A DNA stretch of 64,000 nt, from positions 128,001 to 192,000 of IMG/VR virus record IMGVR_UViG_3300010163_000001; one strand, 5' to 3'. The stretch is from a virus. Its lineage: Duplodnaviria; Caudoviricetes. How positions within the stretch are numbered: the stretch's first letter is position 1; the number at the start of each line of letters is the position of its first letter. A model generated the notes under the pieces. That model did not search any database and was not told the DNA's origin. It worked only from the letters and a program-made list of their open reading frames with translations. The position numbers were made by a program, and so were the translations under genes. Shown here one piece after another: positions 47,718 through 57,196 of this stretch.

Positions 47718-48305
47718 TTATGCTGATGCTGTAACAACGCAAGGAATTCCAAAGGAATATTCCTCGCCTTCATCATCCTGCATTGTCATTATATACCCTC
47801 TGTTATCAATATGTGATATATGTTTTGCTCCCTGATCGATATACACGAACTCTATTTCTTGTGATTCATACATATCGTCTGTTAATTCATCTCCAACCTC
47901 GATTTCTACTGGTTGGAATCCTGCCTCTGTCATCATAAGGTCAAACAGATCATGAAGAGTTTCGTTTACACCGTCTTCATAATGGAATGACAACGAATCA
48001 AGTTTTCTCAGATCCAACATTGCTCTGTGTAATTTTGCAGGAATGATAGAAATATCGTCAATTATAACACCATCCCCTGTCAATCCGTCGAAAGCTTTTT
48101 CGAGTTTTCTTTTACAGTTGGCAACAAGTTTCACATGTACCTCTGTGTAATACTCATCCTCATAGATATCACGGATCTCATTTACATAATTTGCAATTTT
48201 GTTTATTCCATTCATAAAAGTATTTTTCATTTCCTCAATATTTAACATAATTACCTCCAGGCTCTTGATACTATCTCCACCTATGTGTTCTTTTGTTATT
48301 ATCAC
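47718..48305 (-). CDS. hypothetical protein, weak GrpE-like C-terminus
   Basis: helical N-part, then G..PV...VGDE......I..I...GY pattern. Confidence 0.45.
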   Translation of the reverse strand: MIITKEHIGGDSIKSLEVIMLNIEEMKNTFMNGINKIANYVNEIRDIYEDEYYTEVHVKLVANCKRKLEKAFDGLTGDGVIIDDISIIPAKLHRAMLDLRKLDSLSFHYEDGVNETLHDLFDLMMTEAGFQPVEIEVGDELTDDMYESQEIEFVYIDQGAKHISHIDNRGYIMTMQDDEGEEYSFGIPCVVTASA

Positions 48306-48445
48306 TAAAAGAATATATGAAGAAAAGAGGGTAAAAAACGGAAAATTTGGAGTATCATAGAAAGATGTTGTTTTTTAACAAAAAAAGATAGCGGAAGACT
48401 AAAATTCCTCCGCTATCTTATCATAATAATATAATAACTTTAATA

Positions 48446-49063
48446 TTAATAGTCGTAATCATCCCCTTCCTTATCTTCTAAGGTTAATTCCGTTCCTAAG
48501 AAGTAATAAGCATCTGCCTCATCTAAAACCTCTAACATATCTCTAAATTTTCTACTTCTGGACGGGAGTCTCAGTCGCCGAAGGCATTTTTTAATCACCT
48601 GATAAATAATTTCTCTCGAAACTCCATACATCTTTGCAAGATCGGAAATACTAATATTTAAATAGAAATGCATGAAAGTTATTAATATCATTCTAAGTGA
48701 TCCTTTGTAAGAAATACTCATATCAAAGATATTTTTGCATGTAAATTCAGTGGTATCGTAAGATTTGTCTAGACAAGACGCTAAGGCTTCAATCAATTTA
48801 TCAGATATAAAATCCATAAAGAAATCTGAATTATTGAATGTATCCGTAGAAATTGTAAAATCAATTCCAGATGGAAGTTCCTTTTCTTCGGACTCATTAA
48901 ATTCTTTTTTCATGCGAGATAATTTACATGAGAATGCTGTTCGTTTCCCATCAAATTCTAATGCAGAAAGATACAGATCTTGTTTAAAATCTTCATCGGT
49001 AATATTATGTCTAGAAATGTACCTTTCTACCATTTTTAAGTACGTAACTTTTTTAGTATCCAT
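48446..49063 (-). CDS. sigma-70-like protein (region 2 remnant plus region 4 HTH)
   Basis: EDFKQDLYL; ISDLAKMYGVSREIIYQVIKKCLRRLRLPSRSRKFRD resembles the SigA/RpoD C-terminus. Confidence 0.7.
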   Translation of the reverse strand: MDTKKVTYLKMVERYISRHNITDEDFKQDLYLSALEFDGKRTAFSCKLSRMKKEFNESEEKELPSGIDFTISTDTFNNSDFFMDFISDKLIEALASCLDKSYDTTEFTCKNIFDMSISYKGSLRMILITFMHFYLNISISDLAKMYGVSREIIYQVIKKCLRRLRLPSRSRKFRDMLEVLDEADAYYFLGTELTLEDKEGDDYDY

Positions 49064-49137
49064 TTACTTAATCCTCCTATGTTTTATTTACTCATTAATA
49101 ATATATGAAAATAAAAATAAAGGGAATAACGTTTACA

Positions 49138-50859
49138 TTATTCCCTTCTTGTCATATTATAAAATGTAAGGAAAGATTCATTTCCAATAACACGAACTAA
49201 CTCCCCTTGTGTAGATACATAGTGTTTAATTTCCTTCATTTGTTTTGCAGCTTCCTCATTCGCTTCAACACTAAAAAGTATTTTGGCACTGATAGTATCT
49301 CCATCATAGTCTCCGCCTATAGCGTCCAAATATAAATTAGACATTGCAAATGTATCTATAAATTGAGTTGCTACAACATTTGCTGGTAAAGATAAATCTA
49401 TCTTTGGATAATGTGGATATACCTTTCCGTTAAAGATAACAGGAACTGTATCTATTGTAGATAAAACAGCTACTTTACTTGGAAAGGTTCCAAAATAATC
49501 CAATAGAGGGTATCGAGTAATATAACAATGTTTATCAGATAACGTTTCTACTGCAGCTAAATAGAATACATCTGTCCATGTCATAGGTCTTCCACTTATT
49601 GTAGTTGTAGATTCATCTGGATTACCAGCATATTTTCTACCTGTAAATATCATTTCTTTATCTGTGCCATCTTTACATCGAATTTTGATTGTTTCGAAAC
49701 GTTCAATTCCATATGTCTTACAATAGGTTTCCATTTTCTTATCAATAAATTCCTGTGTAAAGATATCAGTTTGATCAATAATATCTACTTTAGTGACTTC
49801 GTATTCTCCTTTTTCATTCTTTTCATATACTGGTAATGTTCTTACATTTCTGAAGGTGTCTTCAAAAAATTCTGTAACCCATTTAATCATAAAAGGATAA
49901 CCGAGTGTTATGCAATAAGACAGGGGTATACCAGAATGTATAATATCTACAATGCAATCATCTGGACGTTCACAACCATTTAATGAAGGAACAGATATAA
50001 CACCTCTTGCTCCAAAATCAACAGACTTTCCAAGAATTGTCTTTTGAAAAGCACCATTTTTATGGTCTATTAAAGATTGCCCATATTTTCGAATCGTTAC
50101 TAAAGTATGCTGAATCTTGTATAAAGTAAGATATTTTGTTATGGAAAGAATTTCATTATCATATGAATTCACATTCATAATAATATCTCTATACCAATTA
50201 TTCAAATCTGGTATAGATTGATTACCAGAAGCAGAAATTGAGACATCACGATAAAAAACAGGTATTACAACCCATTTTGAAATGAATATTTCATCGTCCG
50301 TCAATGAATCTAATAAGGTTAATCGGTTTTCCCTTTTACTAGAATCTGTCTTTTTGAAATGAATTTTCTTAAAGTTTTCAATTAACCAAGCTAATCCTGT
50401 ATTATTTTCATTATATCTCGCATCTTCTGGATCTTTAATTTGTTCTAATTCTCCAACTTCATTGATATACCAGGCTCCTTGTCCAGATGCTATGATATCA
50501 ATGTTTGGTTGCATGTTAATTAATATTTCATAAATGTATGGATGAAAAAACTTCCTCTTCAAGTCGATGTATGCATGAGTCTTTGCTCTTTCTTGAGGGG
50601 TTTCGCCAAATATAACAGTGGAAAATAAACCGTCATCCGTAGGATCTTTACCATTTTTAAAAGGAATTGGATTTGTTACTTCACGTAAATTATTTCCTTC
50701 TATAATTTTATCGGTAGTGATAAAGACATTCATATTCTGTCCTTCAATATCTACAGTATGAGCAGACTCTATTCCCAAAAGTAAATTCATTACTTTTTTT
50801 TGTTGTTTTATTACTCGTTGCGCACTATCAAATTTCATTATTTTTTCACATCCTTTCAT
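49138..50859 (-). CDS. phage RNA polymerase beta'-like subunit (N-terminal part with catalytic loop)
   Basis: DGLFSTVIFG, AYIDL, ILGKSVDFGARGVIS, TRYP, catalytic GGDYDGD. Confidence 0.88.
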   Translation of the reverse strand: MKGCEKIMKFDSAQRVIKQQKKVMNLLLGIESAHTVDIEGQNMNVFITTDKIIEGNNLREVTNPIPFKNGKDPTDDGLFSTVIFGETPQERAKTHAYIDLKRKFFHPYIYEILINMQPNIDIIASGQGAWYINEVGELEQIKDPEDARYNENNTGLAWLIENFKKIHFKKTDSSKRENRLTLLDSLTDDEIFISKWVVIPVFYRDVSISASGNQSIPDLNNWYRDIIMNVNSYDNEILSITKYLTLYKIQHTLVTIRKYGQSLIDHKNGAFQKTILGKSVDFGARGVISVPSLNGCERPDDCIVDIIHSGIPLSYCITLGYPFMIKWVTEFFEDTFRNVRTLPVYEKNEKGEYEVTKVDIIDQTDIFTQEFIDKKMETYCKTYGIERFETIKIRCKDGTDKEMIFTGRKYAGNPDESTTTISGRPMTWTDVFYLAAVETLSDKHCYITRYPLLDYFGTFPSKVAVLSTIDTVPVIFNGKVYPHYPKIDLSLPANVVATQFIDTFAMSNLYLDAIGGDYDGDTISAKILFSVEANEEAAKQMKEIKHYVSTQGELVRVIGNESFLTFYNMTRRE

Positions 50860-50910
50860 TTATTTAGTTGTATTAAATGGGAAACATAGGAGGGATATAT
50901 CCCTCCTATG

Positions 50911-51066
50911 TTATATTGTTATATCACTGAGTCTATGCCCTCTCTTTCTTACCATTTCTGCTCTATGCTGACGTAAATAATTTATTTCTTTATACGTCAT
51001 ATGATAAATATCCTGAATAGATAATTGACCTTTAAACTCGTCTAAGATTGTATCAATATATCCCAT
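50911..51066 (-). CDS. 51-aa ORF, probable -1 frameshift extension of the upstream gene (gpGT/gp51-like)
   Basis: MGYIDTILDEFKGQLSIQDIYHMTYKEINYLRQHR...; frame open back to the slippery site at 51114-51120. Confidence 0.65.
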   Translation of the reverse strand: MGYIDTILDEFKGQLSIQDIYHMTYKEINYLRQHRAEMVRKRGHRLSDITI

Positions 51067-51077
51067 GAATTTTCTTT

Positions 51078-52604
51078 CTACCGAGTCTCCACCCGAGAAT
51101 TTCGGGCTTTCAGAAAAACCAGGTTATCAATAGAAAGTTCATTCGTCATCTCGTTACCACATTTTGTACATTTTGATTTCAGTAAGAATGTTGGTTTGTA
51201 AATGAATGGCTCCAAGAACTTCGAGAGGATATCCAATTCCTCTTGTGGAAGAACTTGAAATGCATCGAATAATTCTTTGTACTCATCTTCAAAAATTTCA
51301 ACATATGAGTCAGATGTATTATCATAAATATACATCTTATGCACAAATGCCACCATAGCAGAAAGATAAACAATTGTTGGGTCTTCCTGATTAATAGCTT
51401 TATACATATCAATCATTACTCCAACAGTCGGATACGTAATGTCATACCGATTATGTGTAATTGGAGATTCAACCTGGATTGCTTTTGAATTCTCATCATA
51501 TCCTTTAATCAAGAAATTAGTGTCCTTACGGTTTTTCAGAATATCGTCAAACTTCTTCTTGAAATTATCAGGTAAGTCATTAACTGATAAGAATTCTTTT
51601 GTGTTATAACTTACGGTAAATGCCTGATCACATGAACGACAGGTTAATTCCAATTCTAAGTTTTCAGTAGAAGATGCAACTAAAATTGCATACATCGCCA
51701 TATCTAAATCATGATACGGGAATTTGTTAATAAAATCATTATATGTTAAGATGCATTTTCCTTCCTCGTCATACTTAACAAGATTTGTTCCTCCTGATAA
51801 CTGCGTATAAACGAGACTTGCCTTCTTAGAAATAACATCTTCTGGTTTATCATCTTCAAATTGTACTGCCTGTACCATTTGGATAATCTGAGCGCCCCTG
51901 AATCTTACATAATCATGCATAATTGGTAACGGAACACTATATTGTGAAAGGTTATTTTCCAGATTCTGCAAAATTGCAGACCTTTCTTTCTTACTAACCT
52001 TTTTAATTTTCATTGTAGGTAATTCCTGTTCTTCTACAACGTGAAGTTCAATAACTTTCACTTTAGAAAGCTTTTCCCTTTCCTCAGATGTGAATTCCAC
52101 ATTATCTACGTTCTTTTTGTCAATTTCTACAATACCTACTTTTGGATGTTTTTCCAAATAAGCATCATTTTCTTCTTTTCCACGTTTCTTCAATCTGCTT
52201 ATTGCAGCGGTATTTGCCTCTTCTAAGGAGAATCCCTGATGAATAATGAGATTCTTCCGGTATTTCTCAATTTCTTCACGGATTTTAGGATACGCTAAAA
52301 GTGCTTCTTCCATATCCAAATCTGGCATTTCTGCCTTTAAGTCATCGTCTGTTAATTCGAAATCTTCATAAAGCTCCTCTTCTGTAAGTTGCTCATCCTC
52401 TTCTAAGTCGGAATCATCCTCGTCATCTGTTCCAATAATGATAGCATCTTCTTCTTCATCTTCTTCGACAGGGGATTCAATATCTTCTACAGATTCTTCT
52501 ACTTCGGGGAGTTCATTTTTTGATTCTTCAACAACTTCTTTGCTTGCATGTTCCCTTCTTGTTCTTTCAGCAAGTTCTTTTAAGCTTTCACTCATTTTAT
52601 ACAT
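51078..52604 (-). CDS. baseplate hub/tail assembly chaperone-like protein (T4 gp26-like C-terminus) with acidic N-terminus
   Basis: two distant CxxC pairs, YPT motif, next to the gp25-like gene. Confidence 0.6.
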   Translation of the reverse strand: MYKMSESLKELAERTRREHASKEVVEESKNELPEVEESVEDIESPVEEDEEEDAIIIGTDDEDDSDLEEDEQLTEEELYEDFELTDDDLKAEMPDLDMEEALLAYPKIREEIEKYRKNLIIHQGFSLEEANTAAISRLKKRGKEENDAYLEKHPKVGIVEIDKKNVDNVEFTSEEREKLSKVKVIELHVVEEQELPTMKIKKVSKKERSAILQNLENNLSQYSVPLPIMHDYVRFRGAQIIQMVQAVQFEDDKPEDVISKKASLVYTQLSGGTNLVKYDEEGKCILTYNDFINKFPYHDLDMAMYAILVASSTENLELELTCRSCDQAFTVSYNTKEFLSVNDLPDNFKKKFDDILKNRKDTNFLIKGYDENSKAIQVESPITHNRYDITYPTVGVMIDMYKAINQEDPTIVYLSAMVAFVHKMYIYDNTSDSYVEIFEDEYKELFDAFQVLPQEELDILSKFLEPFIYKPTFLLKSKCTKCGNEMTNELSIDNLVFLKARNSRVETR

Positions 52605-52616
52605 TCCTCCTTATTT

Positions 52617-53036
52617 TTAAAAAACTACTTCAAAATTAATTAAATTTCGAGATTCTTCTGCTGCTACTACAGCAGTTTCATATTGATTATCATCGACTTG
52701 AAATTCCAATGATATTAGTAACACATTTCTACCAGGCAGAGAACTATCTGAATCAACACTAATACCTGTTAACGGGATATCTGGTAGATATGTCTGAACC
52801 TGGCTTTGTATAATATTTGTTATTTCTGAAGAAACGTCATCTATAAATGCATATTCAAATCTTTGCAATTCACAACCCATATCTGGATCAGATGGGTAGG
52901 TGCCTTTCCTCATAAATAGAAGTCTTGTTATGAGTTTTGACCATCCATTTATTTCAGATAATTCTGCTGGTTGATCAAAGCTGTTAACTCCTATAACAAG
53001 TTCTGATTTTTCAGCATTCATTTTAGATCTAGCCAT
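52617..53036 (-). CDS. baseplate wedge protein (gp25/gpW-like)
   Basis: LLFMRKGTYPSDPDMGCEL...I..Q...YLP pattern. Confidence 0.8.
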   Translation of the reverse strand: MARSKMNAEKSELVIGVNSFDQPAELSEINGWSKLITRLLFMRKGTYPSDPDMGCELQRFEYAFIDDVSSEITNIIQSQVQTYLPDIPLTGISVDSDSSLPGRNVLLISLEFQVDDNQYETAVVAAEESRNLINFEVVF

Positions 53037-53145
53037 ACCATAATTCCACCTCCTGTGGGGTCTCAGATTATATTAAAGTTTTATTAATATTATTTTCATA
53101 GAAAAAAAAAGAACGGGTGGAAAAGTTTTCCACCCGTTATATCAA

Positions 53146-54771
53146 TCAATTGTGTTTTATTATTCTGTCTCCTTCTTCGTTCAATGTATGAATATTGTTG
53201 CTATTCCATATATCTCTAAATGTGCAAATAAGTCTTTCCTTATTATATGAGTCTGTTATTGCACACATTATTTCTACACGTTTTGAAATATTCCGGAGCA
53301 TTAAATCAGCAGATGATATAAAATACTTATCTCCAAATATATATATTCTGTCATGCTCCAAATACCTTCCGACTTTCGACTTAACTATTAAGTTTTGTTG
53401 TGAATTTATTCCACAACAAGTTCTACAAATAATCTTGATTTGTACACCATGTTTTGCAGCAATATACAACTTATTGATAATGGAATAGTCATATAAATTA
53501 TTGCATTTTATTAAAATGAGTCCTTTATCTCCCTTCTCAATTTCTTCATCAATAAATTTTAAAACCACAGGTCTGAATTCTAATGGCGCTGTCACTATCA
53601 TGGGAAATCTGCCTATCAAACTCTTTCCCATATACTTATATATTTTATTTTGAAATATCACGATTAATAAATCTAATACATGTTCTGTAATATCTTGATT
53701 TGCAGTAAATAGATGAAAATCAGTATATTGTTGCGCTGTATCTTCATTGTAATTTCCAGTTCCTATATGGGCATATTTTTTGAATCTTTTGCCCACTGCA
53801 CAACATGCTTTGCAATGCACTTTATACCCAATATAACTAACCTTCACCTTAATGTTGTGCTGTTGTAATTCTTTCACCACTTCTAAATTATGCTCTTCAT
53901 CTCCTCTTGCAGTTAATTCAACAAATACAAATACGTCTTTGCCGTTTTTTGCTGCATTAATTAAACTTTTTACAACTTTACTATTTTTAGCTGTTCTGTA
54001 TAATGTGATAAATATGGATTGAATTTCATCGGATGTAGACATTTCGTCAATAAATTTCAATACATAATCAAATGATTGAAATGGTGTACGAATTAAAATA
54101 TCTTCAGTTAAAAGTTTATCCGAGTATTTCCAATCTCCGGGTTTACTGATATTTTGTTCTGGATAATAACATATGGGGTCATCAAATTTTTCTCTGTATA
54201 TATCATAATATTTATCAAGTAATAATACGCTTGGCGGAGTAAAAATTATTTCATTAACCTCTACAGGTGGAAGACTTGGATATAATTGAACTCCGGGATA
54301 TGGTTCTTCAATAATACTAAGGACTGAATACTCAGAGTCGGCTTTTCTTTTTTCAATACAAAACTCAAGTTCATCAATTACTACAGAATCAGGGTCACCA
54401 GTATTAACGTATGGATTTATCATAACTGGAACTAATTCTGTTTTTATTTCCTCTTCAATAGGAGGAATTGAATATTTTTCATTTAAAAAATCTATAGCTT
54501 CGCCAAGTTCTACCAAAAGGGTTTGTATTGCTTTGATATTGTTTTGATATTCCTCGTGTATCTTTATCAAGGGAAGTTTATATGAGATATACTCCCTGAT
54601 ATTAGACTTAATGATCTTTAGAAAATTAATTTTTTCCATAATAGGGGTTTCGTCAAAATACACGATATCCAAAATTCTCCTTTGAAAATCATGTATGCAC
54701 ATACTTCTTTCATTTAACATTTCCCGGGGCTTTATCAGTTCTTGTGTTGCTTCAACATAATCAAAATTCAT
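53146..54771 (-). CDS. ppk1: polyphosphate kinase 1-like protein, shortened
   Basis: TLYRTA, VELTARGDEE.N, KVHCK, YAHIGTGNYN, GRYLEHDR, SSADLMLRN..KRVE. Confidence 0.85.
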   Translation of the reverse strand: MNFDYVEATQELIKPREMLNERSMCIHDFQRRILDIVYFDETPIMEKINFLKIIKSNIREYISYKLPLIKIHEEYQNNIKAIQTLLVELGEAIDFLNEKYSIPPIEEEIKTELVPVMINPYVNTGDPDSVVIDELEFCIEKRKADSEYSVLSIIEEPYPGVQLYPSLPPVEVNEIIFTPPSVLLLDKYYDIYREKFDDPICYYPEQNISKPGDWKYSDKLLTEDILIRTPFQSFDYVLKFIDEMSTSDEIQSIFITLYRTAKNSKVVKSLINAAKNGKDVFVFVELTARGDEEHNLEVVKELQQHNIKVKVSYIGYKVHCKACCAVGKRFKKYAHIGTGNYNEDTAQQYTDFHLFTANQDITEHVLDLLIVIFQNKIYKYMGKSLIGRFPMIVTAPLEFRPVVLKFIDEEIEKGDKGLILIKCNNLYDYSIINKLYIAAKHGVQIKIICRTCCGINSQQNLIVKSKVGRYLEHDRIYIFGDKYFISSADLMLRNISKRVEIMCAITDSYNKERLICTFRDIWNSNNIHTLNEEGDRIIKHN

Positions 54772-54942
54772 TTTTTGAATCCTCCTTTGTGATTTATTTA
54801 TTGCTATATAAATAATATATTTTCTTTTTTCGGATTCAAAAAAAAGAGAGGGAATTCAAAAAGAATTCCCTCTCTTAAAAACTGTTCTACACATCACCAT
54901 ACGTAGCCATTACTTTACCAAATAGATTTTTTATATAATAAA

Positions 54943-55395
54943 TTAATTTAAATCTTTAATCTTCCTCCATTCTTGATATTTCGATTCAAACATTACACGT
55001 TGAAAAATATCTGCTAATTTTTTTATTTCTGGAAATCTTAATATTCCAAAACATATGTCTCCTTGGTCTTCCTTTAAGTCAGGACCAATGATTATATTTG
55101 CAATGGTTCCTTTTAAAATTCCTGCAGGTTCAATATTACCAATCATTTCTTCGGCATATAAATTAATATCTTCTCCGTCATAAAAAATAGACATGCTGTC
55201 GGTGAGAAGTCCATACCTAATGTTCCTATCCAAGAGATCAAGTTCGCATTGACCTTCGTCGCTTACATCATCATAACATAATGATTCTCGAAACGACAAT
55301 CCCAATGTTTGTCCCTTTCCATTTTTAAATAACACGAACTTTTCTTCATTAAAGACAGTTTCTTGAATTAAAACCTCTGATACAGTATCCCTCAT
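54943..55395 (-). CDS. hypothetical protein
   Basis: AAGGAG RBS. Confidence 0.7.
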   Translation of the reverse strand: MRDTVSEVLIQETVFNEEKFVLFKNGKGQTLGLSFRESLCYDDVSDEGQCELDLLDRNIRYGLLTDSMSIFYDGEDINLYAEEMIGNIEPAGILKGTIANIIIGPDLKEDQGDICFGILRFPEIKKLADIFQRVMFESKYQEWRKIKDLN

Positions 55396-55443
55396 ACTTA
55401 TTTCTCCTTTCTTTTATTCAGAGAAATAATATGTGAATTAAAT

Positions 55444-56727
55444 TCATAATTTGCTTTTATCATTCTTTGCAGATTCATGAATTTTAATAATTTCTTCTTG
55501 GAATAAATTATTATTTATATAAATAATAATACAATAAGTTGCCTTATCATCTGCATCTTCTATAACCAATTCTAGTTTATTCCATTTGATATAAAATCCT
55601 GAAGCTAATTCCACCCCGTCTTTTGTAAGAATAGGATTGATTAATGTCTCCATTGGAATATTATTTGCATAATATTCATTAATTACTTCAATATATTCCC
55701 GCTCAAATAAGTCATTTAAATCTAAAGTATCTATTAAAGTATTTTTATCCGCATCTGTTTGAAATCGGGAAGAAACGTATAACAAAAATCCATTTCGTAT
55801 TTGTGTATATCGAGAGTAAAAGTTATTAATCGTGTATAAAGGAATGATATCATGAGAATTATTTGGTCCCTGAGAATCTAATGCAACACATATTTTTTTT
55901 GGTTTCGGCTTTTCGCCTGCTAATATAAACATACCAGGTAGATTAAAATCTACTGTAGCATGAAATGTTATTTGGTAGAAGTCATCTGCGAATCCTTTCC
56001 GGCTTACTTGCTCGGGATTTAAATCAGAGAGATAAATCATTACATTTGTTGTATAATACATAAAGAACTCATCCAAAGATGTCCCATTTCTCATTTTATA
56101 AGTAATCGGATAAGAAGCACATCTATTCAATGCCTTTAAAATAATCGGTACTTGATTTGCGTTTTTATTTGTAATATCTATGTTTGATAATAATCCAGCA
56201 TGATATATGAGTTGCTTTGGGATCATGGCTTCTAAAGATGCCTTTAATGCAAATTCTCGCTCCCATAAAAAGTGATTTAACATATATTTCCATAAGTCAA
56301 TTTGTTGTATATGCGTACTAACTGTAACGACACAATCAAATTCAATTCTGTCTCTATTTAATTTATAAGACAATGTATATCCATCATCTATGTTTTTTAA
56401 AAAAGGAAAAAGCGTACCACCATTTAATCCCATTTCCATATAATCAAAATTTGATGTCAATGGAGTATTATATAAAAATAAATCGCTATTCGGTGGTTGA
56501 ATTTGTGGATTTATTGTTAAGAATGGTTTTTCTAACTTACTCATTTCTCTAAGTTCGTTTCTTCCAATACGCCTTTTCATATTTACATATGCAATTTCAG
56601 ATGAAATAAATACATCTGTAAACTTATTTGCTCCAAACATTAATAAAAGTTTTTCTTTAAAAAAAGTCATTATATTTCCATACGTTGTACTTGCGGATGA
56701 TGATGCGATATCATATATATTTTCCAT
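55444..56727 (-). CDS. hypothetical protein, possibly virion structural
   Basis: 427 aa; preceded by an AACA-N6-TA motif. Confidence 0.65.
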   Translation of the reverse strand: MENIYDIASSSASTTYGNIMTFFKEKLLLMFGANKFTDVFISSEIAYVNMKRRIGRNELREMSKLEKPFLTINPQIQPPNSDLFLYNTPLTSNFDYMEMGLNGGTLFPFLKNIDDGYTLSYKLNRDRIEFDCVVTVSTHIQQIDLWKYMLNHFLWEREFALKASLEAMIPKQLIYHAGLLSNIDITNKNANQVPIILKALNRCASYPITYKMRNGTSLDEFFMYYTTNVMIYLSDLNPEQVSRKGFADDFYQITFHATVDFNLPGMFILAGEKPKPKKICVALDSQGPNNSHDIIPLYTINNFYSRYTQIRNGFLLYVSSRFQTDADKNTLIDTLDLNDLFEREYIEVINEYYANNIPMETLINPILTKDGVELASGFYIKWNKLELVIEDADDKATYCIIIYINNNLFQEEIIKIHESAKNDKSKL

Positions 56728-56822
56728 AGTATTCCCATCCTTCCTAAATATTTTTATATAGATGTTGATCTAGTCGTTACATCGTGATTATTATAAAAAA
56801 ATAACAAATTTAACATTTAATT

Positions 56823-56990
56823 AAAGCATTGATGAAAACGTCACTGCTTTACAGGGTTAAAACATAAACCTAATAATACATTTTTGCCTATTTTTATGTA
56901 ATAAAAAACCTCGGTTAGCTTCTTTCTGTTATTTTATTAGGAGAACTTAAGGACGAAATCTCCAGAACTAACAGAAAGAAGCTAATATCC
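56823..56990 (+). ncRNA. candidate small structured RNA
   Basis: starts at an AACA-N6-TA motif; 5' hairpin; 17-bp perfect stem 56915-56985 with an inner GGAGA/TCTCC helix. Confidence 0.35.
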
Positions 56991-57015
56991 TTTGAATTGA
57001 AGATAATAAAAAGTA

Positions 57016-57096
57016 TGGGGTAGGGGGAGTCGAACCCCCAACCTCAACATATGTTTCTATTCATAGTTGCGTTCTACCAATTGTCACTATACCCTG
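57016..57096 (-). tRNA. tRNA-like element or pseudo-tRNA with an extended anticodon arm
   Basis: perfect T-arm GGGGG-TTCGACT-CCCCC; D-loop AATTGGTA; only 5-bp acceptor stem; over-long anticodon arm. Confidence 0.6.
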
Positions 57097-57196
57097 TACT
57101 TTTAAAATCTTTTCTTTTGTGTTGTACTTTAAGTAGTTCTTCTTATGTACAATAAAAAAATATATTTCTAAAAAAATTAAAGATACGGAGTCCTGA

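Noticed and set aside
41302-50859. Introns or inteins in the RNAP subunits (common in AR9-like phages)
   Set aside because: Both ORFs are continuous and I saw no intein C/S...HN or LAGLIDADG motifs
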